Origin: an uncultured Gaiellaceae bacterium
GTDB taxonomy: Bacteria > Actinomycetota > Thermoleophilia > Gaiellales > Gaiellaceae
Length of the DNA stretch: 64,000 nt
Reading direction: 5' to 3'
NCBI GenBank assembly: GCA_963827015.1
Contig: CAWGZI010000008.1
Location: 5,384-69,383, forward strand
Positions 56,253-64,000 of this stretch are shown here, piece after piece; position 1 is the stretch's first letter, and each line of letters begins with the position of its first letter. Under the pieces are notes generated by a model. The model searched no databases. It was given only the letters and a program-made list of their open reading frames with translations, and was not told the DNA's origin. The position numbers and the translations under genes are program-made.

Positions 56253-56631
56253 CTAAGCCAGAGCGTTCTCGGGCTCGTAGTCCACGAGCTCGAGGTAGAC
56301 CATCTCGGCGGCGTCGCCCTGGCGCTGGCCCGAGCTTGATGATCCGCGTGTAGCCGCCGGGGCGCTCCGCGAAGCGGGGCGCGACCTCGGCGAAGAGCTC
56401 GTGGACGACGTCCTGCGAGCGGAGCTCGGCGAGCGCCTTGCGGCGGGCGTGCAGGTCGCCGCGCTTGCCGAGCGTGATCATCTTCTCCGCGAACGGCTTG
56501 ACGGCCTTGGCCTTCGCCTCGGTCGTCTGGATCCGCCCGTGGGTGATCAGCGCGCCCGCGAGGTTCGAGTAGAGCGCCTTCCGGTGCGCGGAGTCGCGCC
56601 CCAGCTTCTTGCCTGCGCGGGCGTGCCTCAC
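56253..56631 (-). CDS. rplQ: 50S ribosomal protein L17 (apparent +1 frameshift near 56326)
   Basis: ORF 55537..56631 begins [20 protein letters not shown]...[11 protein letters not shown], then turns Arg-rich. Dropping an A (GGGCC[A]GCG) gives [23 protein letters not shown] and a TAG at 56253..56255. Confidence 0.9.
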
Positions 56632-56632
56632 G

Positions 56633-57605
56633 TTATTCGTCTCCCCGGAGCGAGAGGCCCTGGGTCGCGAGCGTCTCCTTGACCTCTTCGATCGACTTCT
56701 TGCCGAAGTTCGGGATCGCGGCCAGCTCGTTCTCGGACTTCGAGACGAGGTCGCCGATCGTCTCGATCCCGACCCGCTTGAGGCAGTTGTACGAGCGGAC
56801 GCCGAGCTCGAGCTCCTCGATCGGGAAGTTCTCCATCGCGCCGGCCCCGCTCGACTGCTCGGGAGCGACGTCCTCGGAGCCGCCGACGCGGAAGTCGTCG
56901 ATGTTCTCGAGGTCGGTGAAGATCGCCAGCTGGCGGATCAGGATCTCCGCGGCCTGGCCGATCGCGTCGCGCGGCTCGATCGAGCCGTCCGTGGTCACGT
57001 CGAGGCGGAGCTTGTCGTAGTCGGTGCGCTGACCGACACGGGCGGCCTCGACGTCGTACGAGACGCGCCGCACCGGCGAGAAGATCGAGTCGATCGGGAT
57101 GACGCCGATCGTCGTCTCCGGGCCGCGGTTCAGCTCGGCCGGGACGTAGCCGCGCCCGCGGCCGATCGTCAGCGTCATCTCGAGCTTGCCCTTGTCGTTC
57201 AGGTTCGCGAGCTCGAGATCCGGGTTGAGGATCTCGAGGTCGGCGGGAGCCTGGATGTCGGCGGCCGTGACGGCGCCGGCGCCCTTCTTCGCGATGTGCA
57301 CCTCGATCTCGGGCGACTCGCCGTGCAGGAGCACGATCAGGTTCTTGAGGTTGAGGATGATGTCGGTGACGTCCTCGCGGACGCCCGGAAGCGTCGGTGA
57401 ACTCGTGCGAGACGCCCTCGATCTTGACGGCGGTCACAGCAGCGCCCTCGAGCGACGAGAGCAGCACGCGGCGGAGCGAGTTCCCGAACGTGTAGCCGAA
57501 GCCGCGGTCGAGCGGCTCGATCACGAAGACGCCACGGTCCTCGTTGATCTCCTCGTGGACGATCCGCGGAATCTGGAAGTCCATCAAGCTGGTGCGTGTA
57601 GCCAA
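56633..57605 (-). CDS. rpoA: DNA-directed RNA polymerase subunit alpha (apparent +1 frameshift near 57394)
   Basis: ORF 56628..57605 N-terminus ...[44 protein letters not shown]. Dropping a G (ACC[G]ACG) continues [21 protein letters not shown] into ORF 56633..57334. TTG at 57605 has an AAGGGA SD; the ATG at 57584 is the alternative start. Confidence 0.92.
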
Positions 57606-57639
57606 GACGATCCCTTCTTTAACCGGAAACAGAGTCTTC

Positions 57640-58260
57640 TTACTTGGAGTAGAGCTCGACGATCAGAGATTCCTGCACGGGCGCGTCGATCTCCGCCCGC
57701 TCGGGCCACTTCAGCACCTTGCCGGTGAGGCCCTCGTGGTCGGCCTGGAGCCACGGAGCGACGGACGCCGTCAGGTCGGTGGCGTCGCGAATCGTCTGCT
57801 CGGCGGGGCTGCCGGCCTTCATCGTGATCACGTCGTTCGGGCGCACGCCGTAGCTCGGGATGTTGACCCGGCGTCCGTTGACGTGGAAATGGCCGTGGCG
57901 GACGAGCTGGCGCGCCTGTGCGCGGGAGCCCGCGAAGCCCAGCCGGTAGACGACGTTGTCCAGACGCGTCTCGAGCATCCGGAGCAGGTTCTCGCCCGGC
58001 GCGCCGAGGCCCTTGGTCGCCTTCTCGTAGTAGTTGCGGAACTGCTTCTCGAGCAGGCCGTAGTAGCGGCGCGCCTTCTGCTTCTCGCGCAGCTGCAGCA
58101 GGTACTCGCTCTGCTTGATCCGGCCGCGCCCGTGCTCGCCCGGCGGATACGAGCGGCGCTCGATCGCGCACTTCTCCGTCAGGCAGCGCTCGCCCTTGAG
58201 GAAGAGCTTCATCCCCTCGCGGCGGCAGACGCGGCACTTGGCTCCGAGGTCTCTCGCCAT
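57640..58260 (-). CDS. rpsD: 30S ribosomal protein S4
   Basis: Internal ATG (residue 88 of ORF 57640..58521), 206 aa. [26 protein letters not shown]... Confidence 0.95.
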   Translation of the reverse strand: MARDLGAKCRVCRREGMKLFLKGERCLTEKCAIERRSYPPGEHGRGRIKQSEYLLQLREKQKARRYYGLLEKQFRNYYEKATKGLGAPGENLLRMLETRLDNVVYRLGFAGSRAQARQLVRHGHFHVNGRRVNIPSYGVRPNDVITMKAGSPAEQTIRDATDLTASVAPWLQADHEGLTGKVLKWPERAEIDAPVQESLIVELYSK

Positions 58261-58664
58261 CAGACACGCCTCCGCTTCCGGGGGCGCACCCCGTTGTGGG
58301 CCTGCGGCGTCACGTCGCGGACGCCGAGGATCTCGAGGCCGGCCGCCTGGAGCGAGCGGATCGCCGTCTCGCGACCCGAGCCCGGGCCCTTGACGAAGAC
58401 CTCGACCTTCTGCAGGCCGTGCTCCATGCCCTTGCGGGCACACGAGTCGGCCGTGACCTGCGCTGCGAACGGCGTCGACTTGCGCGAGCCCTTGAAGCCC
58501 GCGGAGCCGGCCGACTCCCACGCGATCACGTTCCCGTCCTTGTCGGTCAGCGCGACGATCGTGTTGTTGAACGACGTCTTGATGTGCGCCTGGCCGACGG
58601 CGATGTTCTTCTTGACACGGCGGCGCGTGCGGCCACGGGCCGCAGCCTTGCGAGGAGGCGCCAT
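58260..58664 (-). CDS. rpsK: 30S ribosomal protein S11
   Basis: 134 aa. ...[20 protein letters not shown]...[18 protein letters not shown]. Confidence 0.95.
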   Translation of the reverse strand: MAPPRKAAARGRTRRRVKKNIAVGQAHIKTSFNNTIVALTDKDGNVIAWESAGSAGFKGSRKSTPFAAQVTADSCARKGMEHGLQKVEVFVKGPGSGRETAIRSLQAAGLEILGVRDVTPQAHNGVRPRKRRRV

Positions 58665-59039
58665 CTACTTCGCCTTCTTCCCGCGACCGACGGTCTTCTT
58701 CGGGCCCTTGCGCGTGCGCGCGTTGGTCTTCGTCCGCTGTCCGTGCACCGGCAGGCCGCGGCGGTGGCGGATCCCGCGCAGGCAGCCGATCTCCGACAGC
58801 CGCTTGATCGCCTGCGAGCGCTCGCGGCGCAGGTCGCCCTCGACCTGCAGCTCGGTGTCGATGTAGGTGCGGATCTTGTTGACCTCGTCGTCGGTGAGAT
58901 CCTTCACCTTCTCGTTCGGGTCGAGATCGAGCGCCTTGCAGACCTTCTGCGCGGTCGTCTGACCGATCCCGTAGATGTAGGTCAACCCGATCTCCAGACG
59001 CTTCTGGTTCGGAAGGTTGACGCCTGCGATTCGTGCCAA
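58665..59039 (-). CDS. rpsM: 30S ribosomal protein S13
   Basis: 124 aa. [23 protein letters not shown]... Confidence 0.95.
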   Translation of the reverse strand: MARIAGVNLPNQKRLEIGLTYIYGIGQTTAQKVCKALDLDPNEKVKDLTDDEVNKIRTYIDTELQVEGDLRRERSQAIKRLSEIGCLRGIRHRRGLPVHGQRTKTNARTRKGPKKTVGRGKKAK

Positions 59040-59043
59040 GTGA

Positions 59044-59157
59044 CTACCCCTGCCTTTGCTTGTGGCGCGGATTGGTGCAGATGACCATGGTGCGCCCGTG
59101 CCGCTTGATCACACGGCAGCGCTCGCACATGGGCTTGACGGACGGGCGGACTTTCAA
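59044..59157 (-). CDS. rpmJ: 50S ribosomal protein L36
   Basis: TTG at 59157 (residue 92 of ORF 59044..59430) with AGGAGAAG upstream. 37 aa: (M)[36 protein letters not shown]. Confidence 0.9.
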   Translation of the reverse strand: MKVRPSVKPMCERCRVIKRHGRTMVICTNPRHKQRQG

Positions 59158-59165
59158 AGCTTCTC

Positions 59166-59387
59166 CTAGCGGTTGCGGTAGGTGATCCTGCCGCGGGTGA
59201 GGTCGTAGGGAGAGAGCTCGACCTTGACGCGGTCGCCCGGGGCGATGCGGATGTAGTGCTTGCGCATCTTCCCGGAGATCGTGGCCAGGACGGCATGTCC
59301 GCCGTCGAGCTGCACCCTGAACATCGTGCTCGGGAGCGCCTCGACGACCTCGCCTTCGACCTCGATCTTCTCTTCCTTGACTGCCAT
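59166..59387 (-). CDS. infA: Translation initiation factor IF-1
   Basis: 73 aa. ...[55 protein letters not shown]. Confidence 0.95.
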   Translation of the reverse strand: MAVKEEKIEVEGEVVEALPSTMFRVQLDGGHAVLATISGKMRKHYIRIAPGDRVKVELSPYDLTRGRITYRNR

Positions 59388-59437
59388 TAACCTCTGTGTG
59401 GTTGTGAGTTCTCGACGCGCGGCAAAGCACGGCGCTA

Positions 59438-60787
<1,350 letters not shown>

Positions 60788-60788
<1 letters not shown>

Positions 60789-62041
60789 TATTTGAGGAAG
60801 CCTTCGTAGGAGCGCATCATCATCTGCGACTCCATCTGTCTCATCGTGTCGAGCGCGACACCGACGGCGATCAGCACGGAGGTTCCGCCGAGGGCGCCCG
60901 CCGTCGCCTGCGAGAAGCCGCCGTAGCGGATGAAGAGCGTCGGCAGCGTCGCGACGAGCGCGAGGTAGATCGCTCCGGGCAGCGTCAGCCGGGTCAGGAC
61001 GCGGTCGAGGTACTGCGCCGTCGGCGGGCCGGGCCGGATGCCGGGGATGTAGCCGCCGTAGCGCCGCAGGTTGTCGGCCTGGTCGACCGGGTTGAACTGC
61101 ACCGCCGTGTAGAAGTACGTGAAGATCACGATCAGGAAGCCCTGCAGGAGCATGTAGGGGATGCTCGTCGGCAGGAAGTGCCTGTTGACGAAGTCCTGCG
61201 TCTGCGGGAAGTACTGGCCGATCGTGGGCGGGAACGCCATCACGGCCGCCGCGAAGATGACGGGGATGACGCCGGCCATGTTCACGCGCAGCGGCATGTA
61301 TGTCGATCCGCCCGCGGTCATGCGGCGGCCCACCATCCGTTTCGCATACTGGATCGGGATCCGGCGCTGGCCCTCCTGGATGAAGACGATCGCGGCGATG
61401 ATCGAGAGCGCGATCAGCGGGAAGAAGAGCTTCTCCATCGGGCCGCCGTTCCACCAGGCGGCGATCCCGATCGGGGCGCCGACGAGGATCGAGGCGAAGA
61501 TCAGGAGCGAGATGCCGTTGCCGATCCCGCGCTTCGTGATCAGCTCGCCCATCCACATCAGCAGCGTCGTGCCGACGGTCAGCGTGATGATGATCAGGGT
61601 CATCCGGCCGAGGTCGGCGTCGAGCACGCCCTGGCGCCGGAAGAGGAACGCGTAGCCCGTCGACTGCGCGGCCGCGAGGACGACGGTGAGATAGCGCGTG
61701 TACTGGTTGATCTTGGCGTAGCCCGACTCGCCTTCCTTCTGCAGCTCGGCGAGCCGCGGGATCACGACCGTCATCAGCTGGAGGATGATCGAGGCCGTGA
61801 CGTAGGGCATGATCCCGAGCGCGAAGATCGAGAACTGCGAGAGCGCGCCGCCCGAGAAGAGGTTGAGCAGGCCGAGGATCGTGCCGCCCTTGCCCGAGAA
61901 GTAGTTGTCGATCGTCTCGGAGTCGACGCCCGGCGCCGGCAGCCACGAGCCGAGGCGGTAGATCGCGAGGATCAGCGCCGTGAAGAGGACGCGGTGTCGA
62001 AGCTCCGGAACGCGCCAGGCGTTGGCGAGCCAGCTGAACAA
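60788..62041 (-). CDS. secY: Preprotein translocase subunit SecY
   Basis: 417 aa, intact, 10 TM. ...IFALGIMPYVTASIILQL...GELITKRGIGNGISLLIF... Confidence 0.95.
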
Positions 62042-62044
62042 GCT

Positions 62045-62632
62045 CTACGACTCCTCGGTGGGAGCCTCGGCCTCGGTCTTTGCGACCTCGGGCTCGTCGG
62101 CGGCCGGCTGCGGCTTCGCCTTGCTCCTCTTCTTGCGCGGGTCCTTCGGCTCCTTGAGCGCGGTCGCGCTGCCGCCCGCCGCCGTGATCTTCTCGCGCGC
62201 GGTCGCGGAGAACGCGTGCGCGGTGACGGAGAGCTTCTTCGAGAGCTCGCCCGTGCCGAGGATCTTGACGTCGGCCTTCGTGTTCTTGAGCAGGCCCTTC
62301 TCGACGAGCGCCTCGATGTTCACGGTGTCGCCGTCGGCGAAGACGCGGTCGAGGTCACGGAGGTTGATCGGCTGCGAGTACGTCCGGAACGGCCCGATCG
62401 GCATCGCGTCGGCCGACGTGTTCCCGCGCAGCTTCGGCATCCGCATGTCGATCGGCATCTGGCCGCCCTCGAAGCCGGCCGGCATCTTCTTCGAGCCGGC
62501 ACGCGACTTCTGGCCCTTGATCCCGCGGCCGGAGTAGCGCCCCTTGCCCGAGCCCAGGCCGCGGCCGACGCGCTTGCGATCCTTGCGCGCCTGCGAGGGC
62601 TGAAGCGTGTGGAGGTTCAGCTCGTCGGCCAT
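62045..62632 (-). CDS. rplO: 50S ribosomal protein L15 (with an acidic/Lys-rich C-terminal extension)
   Basis: 195 aa. ...RKRVGRGLGSGKGRYSGRGIKGQKSR...FEGGQMP... Confidence 0.95.
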   Translation of the reverse strand: MADELNLHTLQPSQARKDRKRVGRGLGSGKGRYSGRGIKGQKSRAGSKKMPAGFEGGQMPIDMRMPKLRGNTSADAMPIGPFRTYSQPINLRDLDRVFADGDTVNIEALVEKGLLKNTKADVKILGTGELSKKLSVTAHAFSATAREKITAAGGSATALKEPKDPRKKRSKAKPQPAADEPEVAKTEAEAPTEES

Positions 62633-62802
62633 CAGTTGCCCTCCACCCGGACGAGGTGGGCGACCTTCCGCAGCTTACCCTGGAGCTCCGGGGAGTCCTT
62701 CAGCTCGTTCGTCTGGCCGATCCGGCCGAGCCCGAGCGAGCGGAGCGTGCCCCGGTTCGCCGGGTTCTGGCCGATCGCGCTACGCACCTGCGTCACCTTC
62801 AT
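62632..62802 (-). CDS. rpmD: 50S ribosomal protein L30
   Basis: C-terminal 56 aa of ORF 62632..63195. MKVTQVRSAIGQNPANRGTLRSLGLGRIGQT... Confidence 0.92.
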   Translation of the reverse strand: MKVTQVRSAIGQNPANRGTLRSLGLGRIGQTNELKDSPELQGKLRKVAHLVRVEGN

Positions 62803-62860
62803 AGCTCCGCCGCCGGCAACGCCGGCGCCTCCGCTTGTTGCTCCGTCAAGCCTACGCAGC

Positions 62861-63472
62861 TCACGACGCGGACTCCTCGACCTCGGTCGTCGCCTCGACG
62901 GTCTCCGCGGCGACGGCGGCCGGCTCGGCAGGCTCCTCGACGACGGGCGCGCGGTACGGCAGCACCTCGGTGATCGTCTTGCCGCGCATCCTGGCGACGT
63001 CCTCGGGACGGCGCAGGTTCTGGAGGCCCTGCACGGTCGCCTTGGCCATGTTGATCGGGTTCGTGGTGCCCAGGCTCTTCGCGAGCACGTCCCGGATGCC
63101 GGCCAGCTCGAGCACGGCGCGGACGCCGCCGCCGGCGATGACGCCGGTTCCCTCCGAGGCGGGGCGGATGAAGACGCGCGCGGCGCCGAACACACCGAGG
63201 ATCTCGTGCGTGACGGTGGTGCCGTGCTTCGGGACGGTGAAGAGGTTCTTCTTCGCGTCGTCGACGGCCTTCGAGATCGCCAACGGCACCTCGCGGGCCT
63301 TGCCGTAGCCGACGCCGACGCGGTCGACCTCGTCGCCGATCACGACGAGCGCCGTGAACGAGAAGCGCCGGCCGCCCTTGACGACCTTGGCGACGCGGTT
63401 GATCTCGATCACGCGCTCCTTGAGCTCGCGCACTTCCTCGCGGGCGATCACTTCACGCTCGACGGTGCTCAT
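62861..63472 (-). CDS. rpsE: 30S ribosomal protein S5
   Basis: 203 aa. ...[39 protein letters not shown]... Confidence 0.95.
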   Translation of the reverse strand: MSTVEREVIAREEVRELKERVIEINRVAKVVKGGRRFSFTALVVIGDEVDRVGVGYGKAREVPLAISKAVDDAKKNLFTVPKHGTTVTHEILGVFGAARVFIRPASEGTGVIAGGGVRAVLELAGIRDVLAKSLGTTNPINMAKATVQGLQNLRRPEDVARMRGKTITEVLPYRAPVVEEPAEPAAVAAETVEATTEVEESAS

Positions 63473-63829
63473 CTAGAACTTCAGTCCTCCCTCACGCGCG
63501 CCTTCGGCGAGCGCCTTGACGCGTCCGTGGTACAGGTAGCCGCCGCGGTCGAACACGACGGTCTCGATCCCGGCCTTCTTGGCCGCCTCGGCAACGGCCT
63601 TGCCGACCTCGTTCGCCTGCTCGATCCGGTTGCCCTTGAACGACTTCTTCAGCCCGAGCCAGCTCGCGCCGGCGAGCGTGCGGCCGTTCTCGTCGTCGAT
63701 CAGCTGGGCGAAGATGCCCTTGTTCGAGCGGAAGACGGCGAGGCGCGGCCGCTCGGCCGTGCCCGCGACCTTGCCGCGGATCCGGCGGTGCCGGCGCTCG
63801 CGCGCCTGGCGGGTGGTGACCGTGCTCAT
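63473..63829 (-). CDS. rplR: 50S ribosomal protein L18
   Basis: 118 aa. ...[30 protein letters not shown]...[24 protein letters not shown]. Confidence 0.95.
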   Translation of the reverse strand: MSTVTTRQARERRHRRIRGKVAGTAERPRLAVFRSNKGIFAQLIDDENGRTLAGASWLGLKKSFKGNRIEQANEVGKAVAEAAKKAGIETVVFDRGGYLYHGRVKALAEGAREGGLKF

Positions 63830-64000
63830 GCTCTCTTGCCGACCTTCCTGCGGACGTACTCGTCGCGATAGCGGATTCCCTTGCCCTTGTACGGCTCCGG
63901 CGGCCGCACCTGGCGCACCTCGGCAGCCGTCTGGCCGACCTGCTGCTTGTCGGTGCCCTTCACGATCACCTGCGTCGGCGCGGGCACCTCGAAGGTGATC
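63826..64000 (-). CDS. rplF: 50S ribosomal protein L6, C-terminal part only (gene runs off the window end)
   Basis: My translation of the minus strand: [57 protein letters not shown]. The TGA overlaps the rplR ATG (ATGA). Confidence 0.9.
   Translation of the reverse strand, partial: ITFEVPAPTQVIVKGTDKQQVGQTAAEVRQVRPPEPYKGKGIRYRDEYVRRKVGKRA

Noticed and set aside
56320-56332. Programmed ribosomal frameshifting or transcriptional slippage as the cause of the frame jumps (for example in rplQ, rpoA, ftsH)
   Set aside because: The sites share no slippery heptamer or long homopolymer, and no stimulatory structure is evident. They occur in about two dozen unrelated genes, in both directions, sometimes as compensating pairs a few codons apart. 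No known recoding mechanism fits, so sequence error (or decay in some accessory genes) is far more likely.

Overview
Very GC-rich chromosomal core region of an actinobacterial-type genome (third codon positions are almost all G/C; out-of-frame and antisense ORFs are long and Arg/Pro/Gly-rich). All calls come from reading the sequence and ORF track, with no database searches.

Two housekeeping synteny blocks known from Mycobacterium and Streptomyces frame the window, both on the minus strand:
- lysS, greA, coaX, DUF2469, folK-folB-folP ... ftsH-hpt-tilS (1-16 kb).
- ligA ... truA ... rplQ-rpoA-rpsD-rpsK-rpsM-rpmJ-infA-map-adk-secY-rplO-rpmD-rpsE-rplR-rplF (50-64 kb).

Between and within these blocks lie:
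- a MoxR/DUF58/DUF4129 module;
- peptidoglycan-remodelling genes: L,D-transpeptidase, VanW, amidase, GH3, C40 peptidase, 3D-domain protein, PBP4;
- an acyl-CoA catabolism set: three acyl-CoA dehydrogenases, SDR, thioesterase, CoA-transferase, FadD, TetR plus MFS;
- a PD40-propeller/lysyl-oxidase fusion protein, Ku, and one tRNA-Pro(CGG).

I found no rRNA, CRISPR array, transposase, integrase or obvious defence island, and no convincing novel multi-gene system.

The most striking signal is technical or evolutionary. About fifty one-base indels (hand count, mostly insertions) break otherwise well-conserved genes, including essential ones (rpoA, rplQ, adk, map, ligA, ftsH). They are strongly clustered: none seen in 1-8.3 kb, 24-41.4 kb or 60.8-64 kb.

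Frameshifted housekeeping or lightly affected genes are kept as CDS with the frameshift noted. Non-essential genes broken four or more times are typed pseudogene (as sequenced).

The most interesting biological observations:
- the bacterial lysyl-oxidase homologue fused to a TolB-like propeller;
- the MoxR module replacing folE inside the ftsH-fol synteny;
- a shared operator-like inverted repeat linking the TetR gene to an acyl-CoA dehydrogenase promoter;
- near-cognate (ATT, CTG) starts at two overlapping gene junctions;
- an orphan U-tract terminator beside Ku;
- a divergent coiled-coil C40/3D hydrolase pair with a weak c-di-AMP-riboswitch-like leader.
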